Made by a program: the position numbers and the translations under genes
Source of the DNA: Flavobacteriales bacterium
GTDB lineage: Bacteria > Bacteroidota > Bacteroidia > Flavobacteriales_F > PHOS-HE28
NCBI GenBank assembly: GCA_016703005.1
Contig: JADJCX010000018.1
Coordinates: 3,794 to 67,793, forward strand
Direction: 5' to 3'
DNA length: 64,000 nt
Notes under the pieces: model-generated
Database searches by the model: none
The model's input: the letters and a program-made list of their open reading frames with translations, nothing else
Told to the model about the DNA's origin: nothing
Shown: one piece after another, positions 29,656-39,772 of the stretch
How positions within the stretch are numbered: position 1 is the stretch's first letter
Layout of the letters: every line of letters starts with the position of its first letter

Positions 29656-30825
29656 ATGAGCCAAAGCCGCTACGAGCAACGAGGGGTCAGTGCCACCAAG
29701 GATGATGTCCACAAGGCCATCGCCGGGCTGGACAAGGGCCTGTTCCCGCGCGCGTTCTGCAAAGTGGTGCCTGATCATTTGGCCGGCAGCCCAGAGCACT
29801 GTGTTGTTATGCACGCCGATGGTGCAGGCACCAAGAGTTCACTTGCCTACGCTTATTGGAAAGAGACAGGCGACATCAGCGTGTGGCATGGCATCGCGCA
29901 GGATGCGATCGTGATGAACCTCGATGATCTGCTCTGTGTGGGTGCTATCGACAACATCCTGCTCAGCAGCACCATCGGCCGCAACAAGCGGCTCATCCCC
30001 GGTGAGGTGATCAGCGCGATCATTGAAGGCACGGAGATCTTCTTGGAAAAAATGCGCAGCCACGGCATCGGCATCCGCAGTACGGGTGGCGAGACGGCCG
30101 ATGTCGGGGACTTGGTGCGCACGATCATCGTGGACAGCACTGTCACCTGCCGCATGAAGCGCACAGACGTGATCGACAACGCGCGGATCCAAGCCGGTGA
30201 CGTGATCATAGGTCTGGCGAGCTTCGGCCAAGCCACCTACGAGGAGAGCTATAACGCCGGCATGGGCAGCAATGGACTGACGAGCGCCCGCCACGATGTG
30301 TTCAACAAGGCCTTGGGAGTGGCCTTTCCGGAGACGTACGACGCGGGAACTCCCGAAGCGTTCGTGTACAGCGGCGCAGCGCGATTGACCGACCGCTTGG
30401 AAGGCACTCCGCTGGACTATGGCAAGGCCGTGCTCTCGCCAACGCGCACATACGCTCCCGTGATCCGCGAAGTGCTTTCCCGAATGCACGCTGACATCCA
30501 CGGTATGGTGCATTGCAGTGGTGGGGCACAGGCCAAGGTGCTGCATTTCATTGAAAACGTTCGCGTGGTGAAGGACAATCTCTTCCCAACGCCGCCGCTC
30601 TTTGCCGCCATACAGCGCATGAGCGGTACGGAGTGGAAGGAGATGTACCGCGTGTTCAACATGGGGCATCGCATGGAACTCTACGTACCCGAAGCACGAG
30701 CGAAGGAGATCATCGCGATCAGTGAGAGCTTTGGTATTGACGCCCGTGTGGCGGGACGAGTGGAAAAGGCTCCCGCCAAGGAAGTTCTGTTAAAGAGCGA
30801 ACACGGGGAATTCAGCTACACCTGA
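29656..30825 (+). CDS. AIR synthase-related (PurM-like) protein
   Basis: PurM-like N- and C-domains (DAIVMNLDDLLCVGA, GGETADVGDL). Roughly 390 aa. Confidence 0.6.
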   Translation: MSQSRYEQRGVSATKDDVHKAIAGLDKGLFPRAFCKVVPDHLAGSPEHCVVMHADGAGTKSSLAYAYWKETGDISVWHGIAQDAIVMNLDDLLCVGAIDNILLSSTIGRNKRLIPGEVISAIIEGTEIFLEKMRSHGIGIRSTGGETADVGDLVRTIIVDSTVTCRMKRTDVIDNARIQAGDVIIGLASFGQATYEESYNAGMGSNGLTSARHDVFNKALGVAFPETYDAGTPEAFVYSGAARLTDRLEGTPLDYGKAVLSPTRTYAPVIREVLSRMHADIHGMVHCSGGAQAKVLHFIENVRVVKDNLFPTPPLFAAIQRMSGTEWKEMYRVFNMGHRMELYVPEARAKEIIAISESFGIDARVAGRVEKAPAKEVLLKSEHGEFSYT

Positions 30826-30826
30826 G

Positions 30827-31911
30827 ATGAGTTCGCTGCTGGAGAAACTGCGCGCCGTGCACGAACGCCGCGCTGAAGTGGAGAAGAGCCTGGCCGACCC
30901 GAGATCGTTATCGCGGACCAGAAGCGGTTCAGGGAACTGAGCCGGAGCTACAAGGACCTGGAGCCGATCGACAATGCCTTCAGGCGCTACGACAAACTGA
31001 CGAGCGAATTGGTCGGTACCAACGAAATGCTGAAGTCCGAGAAGGACTCCGACGTGCTGTCGATGGTCCGTGAGGAGCATGACGCGCTTCGGACGCGGAT
31101 CGAAGCAATGGAGGAGGAGGTGCGCATGTTATTGGTGCCCAAGGACCCCAACGACGACCGCAACTGCACCATGGAAATACGCGCAGGCACCGGTGGCGAC
31201 GAGGCGAGCATTTTCGCCGGGGATCTGTACCGCATGTACACCCGCTACTGCGAACGCCTCGGTTGGAAAGTCGAGGTTGCCGATATCAGCGAAGGCAGTG
31301 CCGGTGGCTTCAAGGAGGTCATCATCAACGTTACCGGCGAAGGGGTCTATGGCGTGCTGAAGTATGAGGCCGGTGTACACCGCGTGCAACGTGTGCCGCA
31401 GACCGAAGCCCAAGGCCGTATCCACACCAGCGCAGCAACCGTCACCGTGCTTCCGGAGGCGGAAGAGTTCGATGTGGAAGTGAAGGAGAGCGATGTGAAG
31501 ATGGAGACCGCCCGCAGCGGTGGGGCCGGTGGCCAGAACGTGAACAAGGTGGAAACGAAGGTGCGCCTCACGCACATCCCCACCGGCATCGTGGTGATGT
31601 GCCAGACCGACCGCAGCCAGTTGGGCAACCGGTTGAAAGCGATGCAAATGCTGCGCACCAAGCTCTATGACGAAGGCTTGCGCAAAGTGCAGGAAGCCGA
31701 GGCCACCCACCGTAAGAGCCAGGTGAGCAGCGGCGACCGTAGTGCCAAGATCCGCACCTACAACTATCCACAAAGCCGCATCACCGATCACCGCATCGAG
31801 TTCACTGCGCACAATCTGCCTGCGGTGATGAACGGCGATCTTCAGGATATCATTGATGCGTTGCAACTGGCCGACCGGACAGAGAAACTGAAAGAGAGCG
31901 CAAGCGCATGA
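30827..31911 (+). CDS. prfA: peptide chain release factor 1; N-terminal 25 codons in another frame (frameshift near 30900)
   Basis: GGQNVNK motif. PQT tripeptide (RF1-type PxT) in [21 protein letters not shown]. An ATG at 30827 gives [25 protein letters not shown]. It then needs one extra nucleotide (CCGGAG read as CCGAG) to join ... [13 protein letters not shown] ... NEMLKSEKD. Confidence 0.8.
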
Positions 31912-32741
31912 CCCGCACCGAACTCGTCTCCATAATCAAGCGCAAGCGCAGCCTGCTGTGTGTGGGTCTCGATACAGAAGCCCATTTGGTGCCTGAGCAA
32001 TTCCGCCGTGCCGCCGACCCGGTGCTCGCCTTCAACGAAGCCATCGTCGATGCCACGCATCAGGTGACGGTCGCGTACAAGTTGAACATTGCGTTCTATG
32101 AAGCGCTTGGCGTATCGGGCTGGACCAGCTTGGAGCGTACGGTAGCTGCGATCCGTGCAAAGGGCGATTGTTTCATCATCGCCGATGCCAAGCGCGGCGA
32201 TATCGGTAACACCGCGCGCAAGTATGCCGAAGCCTTCTACGACAAGCTCGGGTTCGATGCGGTAACGCTCTCACCGTACATGGGCAACGATAGCGTTACC
32301 CCGTTCCTCGGGCGCCCCGGCAAGTGGGCCATTGTGCTGGGCGTCACCAGCAACGAAGGCGCCATGGATTTCCAGTTCCTGCCTGTCGATGACAAGCAAC
32401 ACCTGCTCTTTGAACGGGTAATGACCAAGGTGGCGGAATGGGGCTCACCCGGTGACACCATGTTCGTGGTCGGTGCAACGCGCACCGATGTGCTGGCCCA
32501 AGCGCGTGCTGCGGCGCCCGGCCATTTCTTCCTCGTTCCCGGTGTCGGTGCACAGGGTGGCGACCTGAACGCCGTGCTCGACACATGTATGACCAGTGAT
32601 GGTGGCTTGCTGATCAACAGCTCCCGCGGGATCCTTTATGCGGGCAAGGGCGAGGCTGCGATCCTGCCTGCCGCTAAGGCCGCTGAAGAACTGCAACAGC
32701 AGATGGCTGCCGGGTTGCAGCGCGCAGGGATCCTCAGCTAG
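31908..32741 (+). CDS. pyrF: orotidine 5'-phosphate decarboxylase (long type 2)
   Basis: 277 aa. [10 protein letters not shown] active-site motif. Confidence 0.8.
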   Translation: MTRTELVSIIKRKRSLLCVGLDTEAHLVPEQFRRAADPVLAFNEAIVDATHQVTVAYKLNIAFYEALGVSGWTSLERTVAAIRAKGDCFIIADAKRGDIGNTARKYAEAFYDKLGFDAVTLSPYMGNDSVTPFLGRPGKWAIVLGVTSNEGAMDFQFLPVDDKQHLLFERVMTKVAEWGSPGDTMFVVGATRTDVLAQARAAAPGHFFLVPGVGAQGGDLNAVLDTCMTSDGGLLINSSRGILYAGKGEAAILPAAKAAEELQQQMAAGLQRAGILS

Positions 32742-32824
32742 GATTTTCAACTCTTCGTTCTGTTCACCATCTTGGCAAGGATGGTCCCGACAATTTTCCG
32801 TCAACACTGGCCGAGCCACCGCGT

Positions 32825-34120
32825 TTGGCCTCCTTTCCGCACGGCGAGGATCTGTTGCAGTTCATCTGGGAGCAGCAACTGTTCACGCGTGAAGCCTTGC
32901 GCACGGTGGAGGGACATACATTGGAGATCGTGAAACCCGGAAGGCTGCAACCGAACTCCGGTCCCGACTTCCACGATGGTCGCGTTCGGTTCGATGATCA
33001 ATTGCTGGTGGGCAACATCGAGATCCACGTGCAGGCGAGCGAGTGGTTCGCGCACCGTCACCATGAGGACCCGGCATACGACAACGTGATCTTGCACGTG
33101 GTACACACCCACGATATGGATGTGCGCACGAGCAAGGGTGGCCGTGTACCCACGCTTGCGATCGGCGAACGCATCAGTGGCAGCAGCTTGGCCGCATACG
33201 AGCAATTGATGCGCAACAAGGCTTGGGTGCCTTGCGCCAACAGCATCGCTCAGGTTGATCGGCAGCGCATTGGGTTTTGGTTGGAACGCTTGCTCGTGGA
33301 GCGGTTGGAACGCAAGACCAAGGACGTGGAGGCCTTGTTCAAGCACCTCGGGAACGATGAAGCTGAAACATTCTACCAGCAGTTGGCCGGTGGTTTCGGT
33401 TTCAAGGTGAATGCGGAACCCTTCGGTCAACTGGCGCGCACACTTCCATTGAAGACCCTGTTGAAGTACCGCGACGACCCGTTCCGGACGGAAGCCTTGG
33501 TGCTCGGCCAAGCAGGCCTGCTGCAAGTGGATTTTGTTGATGCTCATCCGCGTGCCTTGCAGGAAGAATTCAAGGCCATGGCTGTTCTGCACGAACTGAA
33601 GCCACTTTCTCCCGCGATCTGGAAATTCGGCCGCTTGCGTCCGGCCAACTTCCCAACGGTGCGGCTGGTGCAGTTCGCTCGTTTGTTCACCCACCTCGAT
33701 GGAGCCTTCGGGAAACTGCTCGAATGCGATCGTATTGCCGATCTGTTCCCGCTGTTCGATGTGGAATCCGCTGACTACTGGCGAGACCATTGGATGCTGG
33801 ACGCGCCTTCCGAACCAACGACTAAGCGGCTCGGTCGCACGGCGGCAGAGTTGCTCATCATCAATGTGGTGGTGCCCTTCCTCTTCGCCATGGGTCGCGT
33901 GCGTGGTAGGGAGGAATTGGTGGAGCGGGCAATGGGACTGTTGGAGCAGCTGCCCGCCGAAGCCAATGTGATCACCCGTGGCTGGGAGAAGCTGGGCATC
34001 CCCGCCACCGCCGCCGCACGCTCGCAAGCCCTTATTGAACTGAAGAACGGTTACTGCGGGCAACGCCGTTGCCTACATTGCGTCATCGGGGCTGAACTGC
34101 TCAAACGCACCAACCAATGA
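32825..34120 (+). CDS. DUF2851-family protein
   Basis: 431 aa. N-terminus LLQFIWEQQLF ... L-x-G-x-L-x-I-x-PG ... N-x-G-PDF is characteristic of the Bacteroidota DUF2851 family. Confidence 0.55.
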   Translation: MASFPHGEDLLQFIWEQQLFTREALRTVEGHTLEIVKPGRLQPNSGPDFHDGRVRFDDQLLVGNIEIHVQASEWFAHRHHEDPAYDNVILHVVHTHDMDVRTSKGGRVPTLAIGERISGSSLAAYEQLMRNKAWVPCANSIAQVDRQRIGFWLERLLVERLERKTKDVEALFKHLGNDEAETFYQQLAGGFGFKVNAEPFGQLARTLPLKTLLKYRDDPFRTEALVLGQAGLLQVDFVDAHPRALQEEFKAMAVLHELKPLSPAIWKFGRLRPANFPTVRLVQFARLFTHLDGAFGKLLECDRIADLFPLFDVESADYWRDHWMLDAPSEPTTKRLGRTAAELLIINVVVPFLFAMGRVRGREELVERAMGLLEQLPAEANVITRGWEKLGIPATAAARSQALIELKNGYCGQRRCLHCVIGAELLKRTNQ

Positions 34121-34347
34121 CCGCACGTCTCAAGACTTTCCTCGAACGCCAAGCCTTCGGCGTTTGCGCGTGGTGGGGCGACAAGCTCAACATCAAGCCG
34201 GAGCAGGTGCGCCTCAGCTTCATCTACCTCGGCTGCATTACCGCAGGCTTGCACCTCGTCGTCTATCTGGTAATGGCCTTCGTGCTCCAGCATAAGGAGC
34301 GTATCAAACGGCCCTTCAGCAAGCGGAGCACGGTTTGGGAGTTGTGA
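34117..34347 (+). CDS. PspC-domain protein (small membrane protein)
   Basis: 76 aa. FLERQAFGVCAWWGDKLNIKPEQVRLSFIYLG matches the PspC domain consensus. One TM segment. Confidence 0.65.
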   Translation: MTARLKTFLERQAFGVCAWWGDKLNIKPEQVRLSFIYLGCITAGLHLVVYLVMAFVLQHKERIKRPFSKRSTVWEL

Positions 34348-34373
34348 CCCCTCGCTGGAATTCATAGTGGCTC

Positions 34374-34516
34374 GGGGGGGGGGGGGGGGGGGGGGGGGGG
34401 CCGGGGGGGGGGTTGGGGGGGGGGGGGGGGGGGGGGGGGGGGCCGGGGGGGTTTTTTTTTTTGGGGGGGGTTTTTTTTTTTTGGTTTTGGGTTTTTGTGG
34501 GGTTTGGGGGGGGGGG
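34374..34516. repeat. extreme low-complexity tract made almost only of long G runs and T runs (G~37 CC G~10 TT G~38 CC G7 T11 G8 T12 ... G11)
   Basis: Directly visible between the PspC gene and the oxidoreductase. No A, and only isolated CC pairs, over about 145 nt. Antisense translation gives poly-Pro and poly-Lys nonsense. Confidence 0.9.
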
Positions 34517-34620
34517 CGGTGAATGATTACGGTCGACATCGCCCTTGTTCGGGAAAGGCTCCTGGCAGTCCATCTCCGTTTCTTAGCAGGACCTTTTGCA
34601 CTGCTCACATCCAGGGTCGC

Positions 34621-36348
34621 TTAAAAGCTCTGGGAGATCGAACAACAACTAGCAGGGGAGCTATTGCGGACACCATCATCATAGGCTCAGGCGCTGGCCA
34701 TTTGTCGGGGGGCCGCGACATCGGCCCCTGGCGGCTTTCGGCACGCGCTGGCAAGAAGGTGTTGGTGTTGGAGCAACACTACGTCCCCGGCGGCTGGTGC
34801 CACAGCTTCTTCCTCAATGGTCATCGCTTCAGTCCGGGTGTACACTACATCGGTATGATGGGCGAGGGGGAGAGCACGCGCGAGTTGTACGAAGGCCTTG
34901 ACATCGCCAACGATCTAGTCTTCTTCCGCATGAACCCTGCGGCCTATGAGCACTGCTGGATCGGCGAGCACCGCATTGATATGCCGGCCGGTATCGACAA
35001 CCTGTACGAGCACTTGGCGCAGCGCTTTCCGCACGAGCGTAAAGGCTTGAAGCGCTACCTCACCACTGTGCGCAACGTGAGCGACCAGTTGCAACTGATC
35101 CACCGCATGAGCGGCTTCCTGGATCACCTCACGATCCCCTTCCGCACGCGGCACTTGGGCAAGTACGGCCTCTTCAGTTTGAAGCGCGTGATCGACTGGC
35201 ACATCAAGGATCCCTTGCTGAAGAAGGTGCTCAACGTGCAATGCGGCGATCACGGGTTGCCGCCCAGCCTGGCACCCTTTCCCGTGCATGCTGCCGTGAT
35301 GCAGCACTACTTCGATGGCGGTTACTATCCCATGGGCGGTGGCGCTGGTATCGTGAAGGCGATGACCACGGCGATCAAGAAGCACGGCGGCGTGGTGCGC
35401 ACCGATGCCGGTGTGAAGCGCATTCTATTGGAAGGCGATGGCAAAGCGAAGCGTGCCGTTGGCGTGGAACTCATGAACGGGGAGCGCATCAACGCGTCAA
35501 CGATCGTCTCCAATGCCGACCCGCACAAGACGTACATCGGCATGGTGGGGAAGGAGCACTTGGACAACAAGGTGTTGAAGAAGTTGGCGGCCACCCGGTA
35601 CAGCGTCACCAGCATCATGCTCTTCGTTACCGTGGACATGGATGTGCGCGCGGCGGGTCTCGATTCCGGCAACATCTGGATGCTGCGCAACGTGGACATG
35701 GAAGAACTCTTCCGCGACATGTCGCGCACCGACATCCTCACCGATGATGAGTTCCCCGGGGCCTTCATCAGTTGCCCCACGCTGAAGGATCCCACCAGCT
35801 TCAATGGGCGTTACCACGACATCGAGATGGTGACCTACCTCGACTACAAGGCCTTCGAACCGTTCGAAGGGCTCGGCGAGCGCACGGCCGAGTATGGCAC
35901 GTGGAAGGAGCGCATCAAGGAGAAGATGCTGAACGGGTTGGAGCGTGTGCTCCCCGGTGTGCGAGCGCGCATCGTGCAAGCCGAGATCGGAACGCCCATC
36001 ACCAACGAGCACTACGTGCAGAGCACACGCGGTAGCGTCTATGGCACCGAGAAGACGTTGAAGCATGTCGGCCCGTTCGCGTTCGGTGTGAAAGCGCCGA
36101 TCGAAGGCTTGTACCTCACCGGGGCCAGCACGCTGACGCATGGCGTGGCGGGTGCATCCATCTCAGGCGTGATCACCGCGGCGGCCGTATTGGGTTGCAC
36201 TAAGGACGACCTGTTGAAGCCCGACCCATCGCAGCGTCTGCGTATCCACGATGCTGAGGATGAAACGACGTGGCCCGAGTGGGTGTGGGTGAAACGTGCC
36301 GACAAACGCAGGCGGTTCAAGCCCGTCGCCGTTCGTGCTGCAACGTGA
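34621..36348 (+). CDS. FAD-dependent oxidoreductase, phytoene desaturase (CrtI)-like / retinol-saturase-like; start codon not identifiable
   Basis: Rossmann motif IIIGSGAGHLSGG from about 34672. LVLEQHYVPGGWCHSF motif. Roughly 560 aa. No in-frame ATG, GTG or TTG exists between the low-complexity tract and the Rossmann motif. Confidence 0.6.
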   Translation, partial: LKALGDRTTTSRGAIADTIIIGSGAGHLSGGRDIGPWRLSARAGKKVLVLEQHYVPGGWCHSFFLNGHRFSPGVHYIGMMGEGESTRELYEGLDIANDLVFFRMNPAAYEHCWIGEHRIDMPAGIDNLYEHLAQRFPHERKGLKRYLTTVRNVSDQLQLIHRMSGFLDHLTIPFRTRHLGKYGLFSLKRVIDWHIKDPLLKKVLNVQCGDHGLPPSLAPFPVHAAVMQHYFDGGYYPMGGGAGIVKAMTTAIKKHGGVVRTDAGVKRILLEGDGKAKRAVGVELMNGERINASTIVSNADPHKTYIGMVGKEHLDNKVLKKLAATRYSVTSIMLFVTVDMDVRAAGLDSGNIWMLRNVDMEELFRDMSRTDILTDDEFPGAFISCPTLKDPTSFNGRYHDIEMVTYLDYKAFEPFEGLGERTAEYGTWKERIKEKMLNGLERVLPGVRARIVQAEIGTPITNEHYVQSTRGSVYGTEKTLKHVGPFAFGVKAPIEGLYLTGASTLTHGVAGASISGVITAAAVLGCTKDDLLKPDPSQRLRIHDAEDETTWPEWVWVKRADKRRRFKPVAVRAAT

Positions 36349-36407
36349 AAGAGCCGCCCATTTCTGGACGGCCCTCTCGTCACCACTCCTTTCGGAGCCA
36401 CGTCAGA

Positions 36408-37004
36408 TCATTCGCACAGCGGGGTGGGAGGAGCGGCTTGCACGCTCCAGCACATGTAGGTTGAAGCAAGGGCATGGGCGGTCCATATGCCACCAGCACC
36501 ACTGCAAGTGAACCACGATTGACCGGCGGGCAGCGCTGGCAATACACCGCGCTTGATCCGCAGTTTCAAGCACTGTCCGTTGTTGCCGCTTTTGCGCGGT
36601 GTCAGGTAATATGTGGCGCCACAGGTAGCTGCGTTGGCACCTTTGGTCATGCGGAACCCGCCTTGGTTCGGCACCTCGCCATCGCAAATGCCTACCGGGT
36701 AGTTGCCACCATCACCCACGCGCAACGATGTTGCGTTCTCGGTGCGTATGGTCGACCGTCCAGTGTTGTCGATGTTCGCTTCGAACTCGCCCAGTTCGGC
36801 GGCGACGTTGCTTACATCGAAACTGTCCCATCCGTTCAAGCCATTGATGAATCGCCCACCCACGGCCTTTGCCATACCATCGTCTCCCACGGTGTTGGTC
36901 GTGAGTTCATCCTGCAGATCTTCCTTGTTGCAACCCACAAGGCTTGCACTTACCGCCGCAACACCCAATAGGATAGCTGCGGTCATCGTCCACTTCGTTC
37001 TCAT
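36408..37004 (-). CDS. hypothetical lipoprotein
   Basis: MRTKWTMTAAILLGVAAVSASLVGC signal and lipobox. Gly/Asn-rich mature part. No recognisable domain. Confidence 0.45.
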   Translation of the reverse strand: MRTKWTMTAAILLGVAAVSASLVGCNKEDLQDELTTNTVGDDGMAKAVGGRFINGLNGWDSFDVSNVAAELGEFEANIDNTGRSTIRTENATSLRVGDGGNYPVGICDGEVPNQGGFRMTKGANAATCGATYYLTPRKSGNNGQCLKLRIKRGVLPALPAGQSWFTCSGAGGIWTAHALASTYMCWSVQAAPPTPLCE

Positions 37005-37206
37005 CGTCTCTCGGTTTTGTTCTGCCAGGCTCCTCCCGGCACAGGGCACTCGTTCATCGAGTGCGGAACAAACCTCACCGCAACGTCCAGGATGGCATCA
37101 TTGGATCCACTCATCCGGTTGTTGGTACCGATGAAATGGGAGACCGACGATGCCGAACCGGAATGAAGACACTCTTTTATTCGCCCGGTTGCGGCATCTT
37201 CGCCAC

Positions 37207-38112
37207 ATGCGCGTCCTCGTTACAGGCAGCAACGGCCTGCTCGGTCAGAAACTCGTTTCCGCGATGCGGAGTGACAAGGATGTGAAGCTCATCGCCACTT
37301 CCCGCGGTGAGGATCGTACGCCGGATCCCGGCGACTATCTCTATTTGTCGCTGGATTGCACCGATGCCGCCGCAGTGAACCGTTGTTTCGACGAAGTGCA
37401 TCCGGATGTGGTGATCCACACCGCCGCGATGACGAACGTTGACGCGTGCGAATTGGATCCGATGAACTGCCAACTGCAGAACGTTACCGCCACCAAGAAC
37501 CTCGTGGACGCATCGGTGGTGTGCGGCGCGCACTTCATCCACCTCAGCACCGATTTCATATTCGATGGTGAGGCCGGGCCATACAACGAAGACGACGAGC
37601 CGAAGCCATTGAGCATCTACGGCCAGAGTAAGCTCGATGCGGAGCACGTTGTCATGAACGCCGGTTTGGCGAAGTGGGCCATAGCGCGGACGATCATCGT
37701 CTATGGCGTGGCTCCTGGCCTTAGTCGTAGCAACGTGGTGTTGTGGGCGAAGAGCGCGCTGGAGAAAGGCCAGCCCATCAAAGTGGTGCACGATCAATGG
37801 CGCATGCCGACGTTGGCAGAAGATCTTGCCGATGGTTGCATCCGCATTGCCACGCGCGGCGCAACGGGCATCTTCAACCTGTGCGGTCCCGATGGCATGA
37901 GCATCCTTGAACTTGTGCAACGTGTTGGCGCATACTTCAAACTCGACACCTCAGTGATCACCGCGATCGACAGTGCGAGCCTGAACCAACCCGCCAAGCG
38001 TCCACCGAAGACAGGCTTCGTTCTGGACAAGTCGCGCCGGGTGTTGGGTTATGCACCGCGCGGCTTCGAGGCCGGGCTTAATGTGTTGGAACAGCAACTC
38101 CAACAACGCTAA
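37207..38112 (+). CDS. dTDP-4-dehydrorhamnose reductase-like NAD(P)-dependent SDR
   Basis: MRVLVTGSNGLLG Rossmann N-terminus. YGQSK catalytic motif. Roughly 300 aa. Confidence 0.65.
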   Translation: MRVLVTGSNGLLGQKLVSAMRSDKDVKLIATSRGEDRTPDPGDYLYLSLDCTDAAAVNRCFDEVHPDVVIHTAAMTNVDACELDPMNCQLQNVTATKNLVDASVVCGAHFIHLSTDFIFDGEAGPYNEDDEPKPLSIYGQSKLDAEHVVMNAGLAKWAIARTIIVYGVAPGLSRSNVVLWAKSALEKGQPIKVVHDQWRMPTLAEDLADGCIRIATRGATGIFNLCGPDGMSILELVQRVGAYFKLDTSVITAIDSASLNQPAKRPPKTGFVLDKSRRVLGYAPRGFEAGLNVLEQQLQQR

Positions 38113-38113
38113 C

Positions 38114-39181
38114 ATGCTCCGTGATATGCCCACCCGAGCGAAGCGCGCTTCCAGTTCCTGGTTCAAGCGTTGGTTCGGTTCGGGCAACGCCAAGCCTCAG
38201 CAACCGCAAGACAGTTTCCTCGCCGACCGGCGATCAACGAAAGAAGGAGTGAAGGACCTTCTGAGCCTGCACCGGGGCGAGCGTGGCGCGTTCGGTTTGG
38301 CCGCTGTGGTGTTGCTCACTGTAACCGCGTGGCTCGGCTATCAGCAGTGGTTTCTTCCGCCTGCCCCGATCGATCTCGGCCCGATGACCGTTGAGGTGCA
38401 AGCCTTCGTTACCGAGGAACAGCAGTATGCGTCATCGAAGAAGGAAACACGGATCGCCGCCGACCTTCAACCCTTCGATCCCAACGCGCTCGACCAAGCC
38501 GGTTGGATAGCGCTCGGATTGAGCGAGCGACAAGCTGCCGGCATCATGCGTTATGTGGATCGTGGCGGTCGCTTCCGTTCGAAAGCCGATGTCGCGAAGA
38601 TGTACAGCATCCAACCCGATCAGTTCGCGCAACTGGAGCCGTTCATATTGCTGCCGGACAGTGCTGCACCGCGTTCCCGCGAGCGAGAGAACAAGCAGTG
38701 GCCAACGCACGAACGATGGGAGAGCAGCGACAGCAGCGATCGGCGGTACGCTGAGCGAAAGGAGGCCGTAGTGGTCGAAGTGAACACCGCTGACACTCTG
38801 CTGCTGGCGGAGGTAAGGGGCATCGGTCCTGCGTTCGCGCGAGGCATTGTGAAGTACCGCGAAAAACTCGGCGGCTATGTGAGCCTCGATCAGCTCAGCG
38901 AGGTCTTCGTGTTGAAGGACAAGCCCGATGCCGTTGCCAAGTTGAAAGACCAACTAGTGCTGGATCCTCTGATGGTGCGCCGCATCAACATCAACACCTG
39001 TTCGGAAGAGGAACTCAGCAGCCACCCGTACATGTGGAAGAAGTGGAGCATCGCCAGAGCCATCATCGCCTATCGCACGTTGCATGGCACCTTCGCCACG
39101 GTTGAAGGCGTGAAAGCCTGTTTGGTGGTGGATGAGGAACTCTACCGGAAGTTGGCGCCGTATCTCACCGTAGGCGAGTAG
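38114..39181 (+). CDS. ComEA-like helix-hairpin-helix DNA-binding protein with N-terminal TM segment
   Basis: Two HhH motifs (VNTADTLLLAEVRGIGPAFARGIVKYREKLGGYVSLDQL and a second degenerate copy). One TM helix near the N-terminus. Confidence 0.55.
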   Translation: MLRDMPTRAKRASSSWFKRWFGSGNAKPQQPQDSFLADRRSTKEGVKDLLSLHRGERGAFGLAAVVLLTVTAWLGYQQWFLPPAPIDLGPMTVEVQAFVTEEQQYASSKKETRIAADLQPFDPNALDQAGWIALGLSERQAAGIMRYVDRGGRFRSKADVAKMYSIQPDQFAQLEPFILLPDSAAPRSRERENKQWPTHERWESSDSSDRRYAERKEAVVVEVNTADTLLLAEVRGIGPAFARGIVKYREKLGGYVSLDQLSEVFVLKDKPDAVAKLKDQLVLDPLMVRRININTCSEEELSSHPYMWKKWSIARAIIAYRTLHGTFATVEGVKACLVVDEELYRKLAPYLTVGE

Positions 39182-39229
39182 CGCGAGTGGCTTTCTCGCC
39201 CACACCGGCTAAACTTGCGCCCCCGTTCC

Positions 39230-39769
39230 ATGTCCACCGTCGATCTCGAAACTCGCCTGCGCACTGCCATCCGCGCCGTGCCCGATTTCCCGAAGCCGGG
39301 TATCCTCTTCCGCGACATCACACCGGTAATGGAGGACCCTGTGCTCAGCAACGCGGTGCTCGATGGATTGATCATTGGACTGAAAGGCCAGCGCATCGAC
39401 GCGATCGCGGGCATCGAAAGCCGCGGCTTCCTCTTCGGGATGCCCCTGGCCATGCGCCTCGGCGTGCCCTTCATCACCGTGCGCAAGAAGGGCAAGCTGC
39501 CGTGGAAAACGGTGGCTTACAAATACGACTTGGAGTACGGCAGTGCCGAGATCGAAATGCACACTGGCGTGGTGCAACCCGGTATGCGAGTGTTGGTGCA
39601 CGATGATCTGCTGGCTACTGGCGGCACGGCGGCTGCGGCTGCCGAGCTGGTGCGCATGCAAGGCGGCACGGTTGCCGGTTTCAACTTCCTCATTGAATTG
39701 TCCTTCCTCAACGGCGCGCAGCGCCTCGTACCTTATGGCGCGGACATCATCCGCCTTGTCACATACTGA
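39230..39769 (+). CDS. apt: adenine phosphoribosyltransferase
   Basis: PRTase motif VLVHDDLLATGGTAAA. Roughly 180 aa. FPKPGILFRDITP is the APRT signature. Confidence 0.85.
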   Translation: MSTVDLETRLRTAIRAVPDFPKPGILFRDITPVMEDPVLSNAVLDGLIIGLKGQRIDAIAGIESRGFLFGMPLAMRLGVPFITVRKKGKLPWKTVAYKYDLEYGSAEIEMHTGVVQPGMRVLVHDDLLATGGTAAAAAELVRMQGGTVAGFNFLIELSFLNGAQRLVPYGADIIRLVTY

Positions 39770-39772
39770 ACC

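Noticed and set aside
30827-31911. Possible programmed +1 frameshift of release factor 2 (prfB), since the release-factor gene has its N-terminus in a different frame
   Set aside because: The protein carries the RF1-type PxT tripeptide (PQT) and an RF1-like sequence, not the SPF motif of RF2. The break is not at a CUU-UGA site but at cccgagatc, where inserting one G restores a conserved RF1 N-terminus. So it is prfA with an indel, consistent with the other homopolymer errors.
34051-34608. 185-aa minus-strand ORF rich in Pro and Lys runs, and a plus-strand 617-aa ORF starting inside the G tract at 34495
   Set aside because: Both are translations of the homopolymer tract. The poly-P and poly-K come from poly-C and poly-T reading, and the ATG inside the tract is not a credible start. 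The real CDS begins downstream at an unidentified start.
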